This document shows, piece after piece, positions 9,112-17,035 of a stretch of DNA of 32,000 nucleotides. The notes beneath the pieces were generated by a model, which was not told the DNA's origin, ran no database searches, and saw only the letters and a program-made list of their open reading frames with translations. The first letter of the stretch is position 1. Each line of letters begins with the position of its first letter. The position numbers and the translations under genes were made by a program. This DNA is from Candidatus Scalindua sp. (GTDB taxonomy: Bacteria > Planctomycetota > Brocadiia > Brocadiales > Scalinduaceae): contig JALDRA010000001.1 of the NCBI GenBank assembly GCA_031316235.1, forward strand, positions 1,800,001-1,832,000, in the 5' to 3' direction.

Positions 9112-9357
9112 TTGTCCACAAAGGAAGAATCAGTAGAAGAGAGAGTAAAAAAGATAATTACAAAGCAGATGGATGTCAGCAAGGAACAGGTGACTCTGGA
9201 ATCATCATTTGTGAACGATTTAGGAGCAGATTCTCTTGATACCGTAGAGCTTGTTATGGAATTTGAGGACGAATTCAACATTAATATTCCGGATGAAGAA
9301 GCTGAAAAAATTCAAACGGTCGGGGATGCAGTTAAATATATTGAGGAGCACAAGTAA
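9112..9357 (+). CDS. acpP: Acyl carrier protein
   Basis: 81 aa with the phosphopantetheine-attachment motif [16 protein letters not shown]. The start codon is TTG at 9112, preceded by aaggagg (9098-9104) at 7-nt spacing. Confidence 0.93.
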   Translation: MSTKEESVEERVKKIITKQMDVSKEQVTLESSFVNDLGADSLDTVELVMEFEDEFNINIPDEEAEKIQTVGDAVKYIEEHK

Positions 9358-9362
9358 CGACA

Positions 9363-10607
9363 ATGGAGCGTCGAGTAGTAATTACAGGTCTTGGCGCGAT
9401 AACTCCCTTAGGCCAGGACAAGAAAGAGCTGTGGACTTCTCTGTGTAACGGGAAAAGCGGGATCGGTTATGTGACAGCTTTTGACACATCGCAACACGAA
9501 ATCTGCATTGCTGGTGAGATAAAGGATTTTGACCCGGGCAAATGGTTTAATGTTAAACAAGAGCGGAGACTGGACAGGTTTACCCAATTTGCCACTGCTG
9601 CTGCAATCCTCGCAGTCGAGGACTCAGGAATAGATTTTGAGAAAGCTGATCGCAACAGAGTAGGTACCATTATTGGTACCGGTATTGGTGGCATACTCGA
9701 AATAGAGGCGCAGCACAAGATTCTCCTTTCAAAAGGTCCATCCAGGGTCTCTCCTTTCATGATTCCCAAGCTCATGGCAAATGCTGCCCCCGGGCAGATA
9801 GCGATACAGTTCGATATCCGTGCCACCAACTTTTCCATTATTACGGCATGCGCTTCCGGTACGCATGCCATAGCTGAAGCGTTCCGAACTATCCAAACAG
9901 GAAAAACTGACGTAATGGTCACTGGCGGAACTGAAGCAACAATCACACCTCTTTGTATGGGTGCCTTTCAGAACATGAAAGCGCTATCCAGACAGAACAG
10001 TACTCCACAGAAGGCAAGCAGACCATTTGATAAAGAGAGAGACGGGTTTGTCATTTCAGAAGGTTCCGGTATCGTCGTATTAGAAGAACTGGAATTTGCA
10101 AAAAAGAGGAATGCCCATGTTTATGCTGAGATCCTTGGATACGCCATGAGCGATGATGCTTATCACATCGCCGCACCGCACCCTAGTGGGAATGGTGCTA
10201 TTGTGGCAATGCAAAATGCCCTGTGTGATGCAAAACTGAATCGGGAACAGATATCTTATATCAATGCTCACGCAACCTCTACACCAATGGGAGACGAAAT
10301 CGAAGTTGATGCTATCAAGAGGGTTTTCGGCGACCATGCTAAAAACCTCTCCGTCAGTTCAACAAAATCAATGCTCGGTCACCAACTGGGCGCTGCCGGT
10401 GGTACCGAAACATTAATATCTGCCCTGATACTGGAAAACAACATTATCCCGCCAACGATTAATTATGAAAACCCTGATCCTTCCTGTTGCGGACTGGATT
10501 TCGTTCCGAATGAGGCGAAAGAGAAGAAGGTTGATTATCTTATGTCTAACTCTTTCGGATTCGGAGGGCACAATATCAGCATTGTCTTGGGAAAGTTTTC
10601 AAAGTAA
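9363..10607 (+). CDS. fabF: Beta-ketoacyl-ACP synthase II
   Basis: 414 aa. MERRVVITGLGAITPLG is present. The active-site Cys is in IITACASGTHAI, the His residues are in INAHATSTPMGD and SSTKSMLGHQLGAAG, and the C-terminus reads SNSFGFGGHN. Confidence 0.95.
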   Translation: MERRVVITGLGAITPLGQDKKELWTSLCNGKSGIGYVTAFDTSQHEICIAGEIKDFDPGKWFNVKQERRLDRFTQFATAAAILAVEDSGIDFEKADRNRVGTIIGTGIGGILEIEAQHKILLSKGPSRVSPFMIPKLMANAAPGQIAIQFDIRATNFSIITACASGTHAIAEAFRTIQTGKTDVMVTGGTEATITPLCMGAFQNMKALSRQNSTPQKASRPFDKERDGFVISEGSGIVVLEELEFAKKRNAHVYAEILGYAMSDDAYHIAAPHPSGNGAIVAMQNALCDAKLNREQISYINAHATSTPMGDEIEVDAIKRVFGDHAKNLSVSSTKSMLGHQLGAAGGTETLISALILENNIIPPTINYENPDPSCCGLDFVPNEAKEKKVDYLMSNSFGFGGHNISIVLGKFSK

Positions 10608-11066
10608 ATACCGTGCTTCAAATTGAACTCCACCCTCTTTCGACATTAACCGGTAACCGTTGAGTCAATTATCCTCCATGCAATCCCTGCTTCGCTACCC
10701 CTCCAGCACCTCAGCAACAACCAATGTCCGTTAAATCTTTTGCCCTATGATAGATTAATTCCTGCTGAAATGGTGGCAAGGCTTCACCTCTGTAACGGTT
10801 TTTTCAGCCTCCTGAGGCTTTTGATTCAATTATAAGATGATGTATAAACGTACGCTAATGTAAATTGATTAATCATTTTACAGAGGAATCACTTTTCAGA
10901 ATAAGTGCTTTTTCGTTCTTCACCTCTATCATCAGAGATAAATCAAAGTCCCTGTCAAGAATTGCTTTGAAGATACTAAAAAAGATAGTATACTGGCGTT
11001 TTTCCACCTTTACTAGTGACTGACAGATATTCGTAAAATTATCGTATTTAATTCGAGGGTAAATCA

Positions 11067-11726
11067 ATGAGAATTACTGACGTAATAAAGCACTTGACAG
11101 ATATAACCGGGGTAAAATATCTCCCTTTTCACGGTTTTAACTATTCATACTCTTCATATGCAGAAAGAGGCAGGAGAGCACATAAAACCTTTTATGCCGC
11201 ATCTGGACTTTGCCTCTCTTTTTCCCTGGTATGTATACTCCTCGGAATTTTACTCCCTGATATTCAGGCTCAATCATTCGAATTTTTTAAAAATGAAAAC
11301 TGGTGTTATTTTAAAGGTAATAAAACCCCTGATCCCAACTGGAAGGAGCTTGATTTTGACGATTCAAAATGGAAGAGTGGCTCCGGTGGTTTCGGCTATG
11401 GAAATAGCGATGGCAAAATCATACTGAATGATATGAAAGGTAATTATGATAGCCTCTTTATCCGCCGCAGATTCAGGGTTGATAATCTCAACACGATAAA
11501 AGAGATATTACTGCACATAGACACTGACGGCCCCTATGTTGCCTACCTTAACGGAATCAAGGTGTGTCAGAATATCTGTAGATCAACTGCACCAACCGAT
11601 ATAACAGGATTTGCTCTCGAACTACTTACCCGCGGTATGAATGTTCTATGCATCAAGGGGTCGAACGATGCTCTTGACAGCGATGATTTTACTTTTAAAG
11701 CCTGGTTGGAAATCATTGAAGAATAA
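11067..11726 (+). CDS. Hypothetical membrane-anchored/secreted protein with a galactose-binding-like jelly-roll domain
   Basis: 219-aa ORF with gaggg 9 nt upstream of the ATG and a hydrophobic segment ending in an AQA-type site (LCLSFSLVCILLGILLPDIQAQ). The pattern NWKELDFDDSKWKSGSGGFGYG...LFIRRRFRV...DGPYVAYLNGIKV resembles the sugar-binding jelly-roll found N-terminal to many secreted enzymes. The function call is weak. Confidence 0.55.
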   Translation: MRITDVIKHLTDITGVKYLPFHGFNYSYSSYAERGRRAHKTFYAASGLCLSFSLVCILLGILLPDIQAQSFEFFKNENWCYFKGNKTPDPNWKELDFDDSKWKSGSGGFGYGNSDGKIILNDMKGNYDSLFIRRRFRVDNLNTIKEILLHIDTDGPYVAYLNGIKVCQNICRSTAPTDITGFALELLTRGMNVLCIKGSNDALDSDDFTFKAWLEIIEE

Positions 11727-11783
11727 AAAATAAGACTAGAAGAGAATATTTTTACACATACTTTTTAGAAAAGCGGGTTTCCC

Positions 11784-14717
11784 ATGAAAATGAACAGATT
11801 AACCAGCAAGCACAATAAATCAAAAACTTTCTTTCACATCTTTCCTCAATATTTCGTACTGTGTATTATTCTCTTTCTTTTTGTACCCCGCACCTATGCA
11901 GGCGATGCAAAATATATCATTCTCATGATTGCAGACGGCTGCGGAATTAAACACCACGAGGCTACGAATGCCTATACAGGTTCTACACCTGCTTATCAGT
12001 CGGGAAGCTCCTGGAAAAAGCACTGGATGTCAACCTATCCCAGCGGGGGAAGTTATGACGGCAACGCCGCCTGGTCAAATTTCGATTATGTAATACAAAA
12101 TGGTTCCACGACTGACAGCGCAGCAGCAGCTACAGCACTCTATACCGGTGTCAAGACTGCAAACAAGCGAATAAGTGTCTCCAGTGGAGGAATCCGCCTG
12201 TTCAACATTGGTGAGAAAGCGAAAGCAAATCAAATGGCTGTCGGTGCCATAAGTTCTGTACCGGTTTCACATGCAACACCCGGCGCCTGGATGTCCCATA
12301 ATAATGACCGTAGCAACGGCTACGCCATTGCTGATGAGAGTTTTTTCGAGAATCCGAATACAACCGGATCCGGCAGTCTCTACAATGGTGGTAAGGGACC
12401 AACCGCCCCGCGTTCTGATGTCATCATCGGGGATGGATTTAATACCTCATATGTCAATGCGGCTATTAGAAATTTACTGGCAAGTGAAAGTGGTCAACTG
12501 GGAAAGCACAAGCTTGTCACCTGGTCAGCAGGCCAGAATGGTAGCAATGCCTTAATGGCTGAAGCCAATAAATCAAGCGTCACCAGATTGGCAGGTCTGT
12601 TCAAACATGTCTATCACCAAGCAAATTTTTCCGGCTTTGACTCAAGAAATCCAACGCTTGCAATCAGCACCAATGCAGCCTTGACAGTCCTGAGTCGTAA
12701 TCCAAACGGTTTTGTACTGATGATTGAGGGGGGAGCCGTTGATTGGGCCGGCCATACCAACATCATGGATGACATGATAGGTGAGCAAAAAGATTTTGAC
12801 AACGCTGTTCAAGCGGTCATCAACTGGGTAACGAATTCAGGCAACGGCAGCAACTGGAATAATTCCCTTGTTATAGTAACCTCAGACCATGAATGTGGCC
12901 ATCTCACTGCAGGACTGAATCTATTCCCTGATGACGCAAATCCGATAACCAATGTAAACAACGCCACCCTGGCTAAGGAAAAGGTTTATACCAATATAGG
13001 CGGCAATCTTCGTGCAAGCTGGGAGGATTCAGATTCTGACAACTTTATAGACGCTGGGGAAACAGTTTACTGGGCGTGGCATTCCCGTGGACATTCAAAC
13101 AGCCTTGTACCTCTCTATGCCCGGGGTGTCGGTGCTTCGCAGTTTGCAGCATATGCAAATGGTTTTGACCCGACTGGCCGTACCTATCTGGACAATATTG
13201 ATGTTTTTACGGTAATGGATAATGCAATTGCCGCTGTGTCGCACTCAGAAGATCCGCCTGGAATAACCAGTCCGGCACCCGGCGCAACAATAACGACATC
13301 AACTGTTACCTTTCAATGGAGTGCCGGTACCGGAGTCAGCAGGTACTGGCTGGGTGTGGGGACAAGCTTCAACTCAGTAAAAACCTCACCATTTGGAAAC
13401 ATCTATAGTGCAGCAACCGGGACGAATACCACTCAACAGGTAACAGGAATACCCATAAACGGGAATCCGGTGTATGTACGATTATGGTGGAAAATCGGCG
13501 CGACATGGACTACTGCAGACTATACGTTCCAGACACAGGGAACCGGCAATCAAACGCCGATTGCGGTAAATGATTCAGCGGTGACGGCAAAGAATACGCT
13601 GGTAAATGTTAACGTGACCGCCAATGATACCGATCCAGACGGGACAATTGATCCTGCTACTGTAGTGGTAAGAAGTAATCCTGCCCATGGTACCGCTGTG
13701 GCCAGGGTAGACGGTACAGTGAATTACACGCCTCTCACCGGGTACACCGGCCAGGACACCTTTACCTATACGGTAAATGACACTCTGGGTGCAACCTCTA
13801 ACGTTGCAGCGGTGACGATAACTGTCAACTCTTCGGGAGGTACACCCGGCATGACGAGTCCGGCACCCGGCTCAACAATAACAACATCGACTGTTACCTT
13901 TCAATGGAGTGCCGGTTCCGGAGTCAGTAAATACTGGCTGGGTGTGGGGACAAGCTTTAACTCAGTAAAAACCTCTCCATTTGGAAACATCTATAGCGCT
14001 GCAACCGGGACGAATACCACTCAACAGGTAACGGGAATACCCATAAACGGGAATCCGGTGTATGTACGATTATGGTGGAAAATCGGCACGACATGGACTA
14101 CTGCAGACTATACATTCCAGACACAGGGAACCGGCAATCAGACGCCGATTGCGGTAAATGATTCAGCGGTGACGGCAAAGAATACGCTGGTAAATGTTAA
14201 CGTGACCGCTAATGATACCGATCCAGACGGGACAATTGATCCTGCCACTGTAGTGGTAAGAAGTAATCCTGCCCATGGTACCGCTGTGGCCAGGGCAGAC
14301 GGTACAGTGAATTACACGCCTGTCACCGGGTATACCGGCCAGGACACCTTTACCTATACGGTAAATGACACTCTGGGTGCAACCTCTAACGTTGCAGCGG
14401 TGACGATAACTGTCAACTCTTCGGGAGGTACACCCGGCATGACGAGTCCGGCACCCGGCGCAACAATAACGACATCAACTGTTACCTTTCAATGGAGTGC
14501 CGGTACCGGAGTCAGCAGGTACTGGCTGGGTGTGGGGACAAGCTTTAACTCAGTAAAAACCTCCCCATTTGGAAACATATTTGGTGCATCAACCGGGACA
14601 AGCACAACTCAACAGGTAACGGGAATACCCATAAACGGGAATCCGGTGTATGTACGATTATGGTGGAAAATCGGCAGTACATGGTTTACCGCAGACTACA
14701 CGTTCCAGACGCAGTGA
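11784..14717 (+). CDS. Secreted alkaline phosphatase (PhoA family) fused to a repetitive A-B-A-B-A C-terminal array
   Basis: 977 aa with a signal-like N-terminus (FVLCIILFLFVPRTYAG). PhoA-type motifs are ILMIADGCG, TDSAAAATALYTGVKT (Ser nucleophile context), GGAVDWAGH, TSDHECGHL and WHSRGHSNSLVPLYARG. The C-terminal 485 aa alternate an about-95-aa module A with an about-100-aa cadherin-like/VCBS-type module B (PIAVNDSAVT..VTANDTDPDGTID..VNYTP..GQDTFTYTVND). Confidence 0.85.
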   Translation: MKMNRLTSKHNKSKTFFHIFPQYFVLCIILFLFVPRTYAGDAKYIILMIADGCGIKHHEATNAYTGSTPAYQSGSSWKKHWMSTYPSGGSYDGNAAWSNFDYVIQNGSTTDSAAAATALYTGVKTANKRISVSSGGIRLFNIGEKAKANQMAVGAISSVPVSHATPGAWMSHNNDRSNGYAIADESFFENPNTTGSGSLYNGGKGPTAPRSDVIIGDGFNTSYVNAAIRNLLASESGQLGKHKLVTWSAGQNGSNALMAEANKSSVTRLAGLFKHVYHQANFSGFDSRNPTLAISTNAALTVLSRNPNGFVLMIEGGAVDWAGHTNIMDDMIGEQKDFDNAVQAVINWVTNSGNGSNWNNSLVIVTSDHECGHLTAGLNLFPDDANPITNVNNATLAKEKVYTNIGGNLRASWEDSDSDNFIDAGETVYWAWHSRGHSNSLVPLYARGVGASQFAAYANGFDPTGRTYLDNIDVFTVMDNAIAAVSHSEDPPGITSPAPGATITTSTVTFQWSAGTGVSRYWLGVGTSFNSVKTSPFGNIYSAATGTNTTQQVTGIPINGNPVYVRLWWKIGATWTTADYTFQTQGTGNQTPIAVNDSAVTAKNTLVNVNVTANDTDPDGTIDPATVVVRSNPAHGTAVARVDGTVNYTPLTGYTGQDTFTYTVNDTLGATSNVAAVTITVNSSGGTPGMTSPAPGSTITTSTVTFQWSAGSGVSKYWLGVGTSFNSVKTSPFGNIYSAATGTNTTQQVTGIPINGNPVYVRLWWKIGTTWTTADYTFQTQGTGNQTPIAVNDSAVTAKNTLVNVNVTANDTDPDGTIDPATVVVRSNPAHGTAVARADGTVNYTPVTGYTGQDTFTYTVNDTLGATSNVAAVTITVNSSGGTPGMTSPAPGATITTSTVTFQWSAGTGVSRYWLGVGTSFNSVKTSPFGNIFGASTGTSTTQQVTGIPINGNPVYVRLWWKIGSTWFTADYTFQTQ

Positions 14718-14729
14718 ACCGGCAATCAG
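13253..14729 (+). repeat. 588-bp tandem repeat, about 2.5 copies, inside and just beyond the phosphatase gene
   Basis: The anchor tccggcaccc recurs at 13271, 13859 and 14447, giving an exact 588-bp (196-codon) period. By eye the copies differ at only a few percent of positions. Homology continues 12 nt past the stop codon (accggcaatcag, 14718-14729). Confidence 0.95.
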
Positions 14730-15269
14730 GATCGGTGGGAGCAAATACCGATGTTCCCTATTGCACTCAATAAAATTATCACCCATATTTTTTCGCCTGT
14801 CTTTAAGATGGGCTTAATATATCAGATCTCTTGCCTTCTTTCATTTCTTTTGGGGAACGATAGGGTTTGTGCAACAGGCGTTAAGATCGTATCATTAACA
14901 GACTCTCTTTGAATCCCAAAGCGCTTACCCCTTTTTATGTATAAAAAAACATTTTATACAGATCTTTCTAAATCCTATTATTTCAGATAATTATAATTCA
15001 CGTGCCTTACCCTGCCATAGTTTGTCATATTGACAGATCCAATATATATTTGTATAAGATTCAGTACAAACTGGATTTAGCTATCAGAATCCCACAAGGC
15101 CACGCTTCAGACTATCAGAGTACATGAAGTGCAGGGTCTTGAACGATATCTTAAAAGCAGCTTTACTACCGCAAACAGTTAAATGCTCTATTCCCGTGAC
15201 TGGATTTGTTTCACTTGGTTTTGGGACGTCTCCGGTCTGAAAACATATTCTTAAATGAGGGTCTTTCGA

Positions 15270-15600
15270 TTAATATGTACTACTGTAACCATCCACAAAA
15301 AAGCTTCCCTCTGACTCGTGATATTCGTCGGTAAAAGCGAAAAGTAAATTCATCGGGATAGTATTCCTGGCAGCTCCGTGACAGGTGCCCCCGCAAGCAT
15401 CTTTTGTGTAAAGAAGTGACGCTGTGAACACGTGGCAAGAAAGAGGAGAGGCAGACTCTTTACGTTTTCTCATAACGGTGGCTTCATGACGATAACCTTG
15501 CAAGCACAACTGGGACATTTAAAAAGAGTCTTGCACCTGGCCATGCCCTGGTGCCCCCACAGCGAGGGCAGTAAAAACTCTCGGTCCATCATATGTGAAA
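15270..15600 (-). pseudogene. Degenerate zinc-ribbon transposase-like remnant (possibly IS1595-like N-terminus)
   Basis: The minus strand carries FYCPRCGGTRAW in one frame and LFKCPSCACKV in another frame about 10 codons later. Together these are the two halves of a CxxC..CxxC ribbon split by a frameshift. The 82-aa track ORF (15270-15518) follows. There is no intact ORF and no detectable DDE region. Confidence 0.25.
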
Positions 15601-15764
15601 AAGGTAATTACGGCATTGTCCCTCTGCAGAGAACTGTTTCTCAAAGGCTATCTGGGGGACGGGGATATTTTCCCATAGCTCATATATATATGTATTACAT
15701 GCAGGCCGGAGGCCGGTCAAGTGAACAGGCCTTATAATAAATTTGAATAAATAGGGAGAAAAAA

Positions 15765-16160
15765 ATGAAAGCAAAATTAACACGACTCTTAATGATTGCA
15801 GGAATTCTTCTCTTAATGTTTGGATTATATTCGACACATAAACAAGCCCGGGCCGCCAGCCCGATCAAGCTGACCAACAGCCTGATCAGATGGGGAGGAT
15901 TCAACGACTATCGGATCAGCCCGGACAGCAGCCGGGTTGTCTACCGGGTAGACCATGATACGGAAGATGTCTATGAGCTCTACAGTGTACCGCTGGATGA
16001 CAGTCCACAGATTATACATCCAGCACCGGGGACATATTTCATTAAAATCAGCTACTCTGGCCTTCATAACCAATATGAACCGTACGAACTATCGGGGGAC
16101 CTGGCTAGGTGGAGTTGCGGCCCCCGGGATAACGAGTCCGGCACCATATTCGAAATTTGA
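15765..16160 (+). CDS. Signal-peptide-bearing N-terminal fragment of a split secreted protein
   Basis: agggaga lies 8 nt upstream of the ATG. The signal peptide reads MKAKLTRLLMIAGILLLMFGLYSTHKQARA. A PD40/TolB-like strand motif follows (YRISPDSSRVVYRVDHDTEDVYELYSVPLD). The last 20 or so codons, after the G5 run at 16094-16098, look out of frame. Confidence 0.55.
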   Translation: MKAKLTRLLMIAGILLLMFGLYSTHKQARAASPIKLTNSLIRWGGFNDYRISPDSSRVVYRVDHDTEDVYELYSVPLDDSPQIIHPAPGTYFIKISYSGLHNQYEPYELSGDLARWSCGPRDNESGTIFEI

Positions 16161-17001
16161 TTGTGGTGATGCGACCTTTCACTGGACAGACAACGGAACC
16201 GCAGTAAGTCAGTGGTGGCTCCATGTTGGAACTAAACGTGGCGGGAAGGATATTCTTAACAGAGATATGGGAGGACTTACCTCCTGCACCGTAAGTGGAA
16301 TTCCAGAAGATGGAAGCACGGTTTACCTGCGGCTCTGGTATAAATCGGAAGGTACCTGGAAATCTGCTTATTTCCAATATACGGCTTGTGGAGGTGGTGG
16401 ATGTGCTGGCTTTGAAGAATACTGGTCCGACAATGATAATGCGCCAGACTGGATTCGTGATTCCGGTACCTGGAGAGTTGATGACGATGGTTGTGGACGT
16501 GGAAGTGATGATAGTTGCTGGTCTTATTATTATCATACAGATGGTGTGAGTAACAAGTCATCCACATCCACTTATAACGCTACCTATTCAAACTTTGATT
16601 TCAGTGCAGAATTAAAACGCGGTTCAATTGGGAATAATAAAGCTGTCCGGCTTTTAGTGAGGGCGAGCGGAGCCGTTATGAGTAATGGCAAACCGTCTAA
16701 CTCTTATTCGTTTCAGATCAGAAATTCAGGTAAATATTCCATATATAAGACTCTAGGTGGAGTCACCAAAGAGCTTCAGGGCTGGACGTTATTATCTGCC
16801 ATAAACAAAAAAGAACATAATTCGAATATACTGCGGGTCGTTGCACACGGTGACAGCTTGACGTTTTTTATTAACGGCACACTTGTCTGGTGTGGCCACG
16901 ACACCTCTCTTGCATCAGGCAGGGTAGGGTTTGGCTTTGCCAGTGATACTTCAACAGACGGCCTCTCGGTAAACTGGGCAAAACTGGATTGCCTGCAATG
17001 A
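15955..17001 (+). CDS. C-terminal part of the same split protein: module-A copy plus concanavalin-A-like (DUF1080/LamG-like) domain
   Basis: Only the part from about 16093 looks genuine. It starts with GITSPAPYSKFDCGDATFHWTDNGTAVSQWWLHVGT...VSGIPEDGSTVYLRLWYKSEGTW, which is a module A. A jelly-roll domain follows (WRVDDDG..YSNFDFSAELKR..YSFQIRNSGKYSIYK..ILRVVAHGDSLTFFINGTLV..GRVGFGF). The first 46 or so codons of the track ORF overlap the previous ORF, and the track ORF has no signal peptide. Confidence 0.6.
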   Translation: MIRKMSMSSTVYRWMTVHRLYIQHRGHISLKSATLAFITNMNRTNYRGTWLGGVAAPGITSPAPYSKFDCGDATFHWTDNGTAVSQWWLHVGTKRGGKDILNRDMGGLTSCTVSGIPEDGSTVYLRLWYKSEGTWKSAYFQYTACGGGGCAGFEEYWSDNDNAPDWIRDSGTWRVDDDGCGRGSDDSCWSYYYHTDGVSNKSSTSTYNATYSNFDFSAELKRGSIGNNKAVRLLVRASGAVMSNGKPSNSYSFQIRNSGKYSIYKTLGGVTKELQGWTLLSAINKKEHNSNILRVVAHGDSLTFFINGTLVWCGHDTSLASGRVGFGFASDTSTDGLSVNWAKLDCLQ

Positions 17002-17035
17002 TCAGGCCCCTTCGAGCCGGATGAAGTAAGCGCTA

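Noticed and set aside
781-10607. Direct functional link between the B12 radical SAM gene and the fab genes (for example an unusual-lipid pathway), and a specific taxonomic assignment of the window
   Set aside because: The genes are on opposite strands and are separated by a tRNA and alaS. I also cannot place the organism without a database search. I kept this only as a caveat inside the fab-cluster finding.
10873-11067. 64-aa minus-strand ORF in the fabF-to-jelly-roll-gene gap
   Set aside because: It has no ribosome-binding site, its start overlaps the start of the plus-strand gene at 11067, and it has no motif.
14851-14858. tggggaac, an 8-nt match to the 3' end of tRNA-Gln(CUG), as a possible distal att site of the island
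   Set aside because: The match does not extend beyond 8 nt. A match of that length is expected about once by chance in 32 kb on two strands.
16999-17001. TGA at the end of the module-A/jelly-roll gene as a selenocysteine or programmed read-through codon
   Set aside because: I saw no stem-loop resembling a bacterial SECIS element immediately downstream. The downstream frame is also interrupted by the IS. A nonsense mutation in a decaying gene is the simpler explanation.
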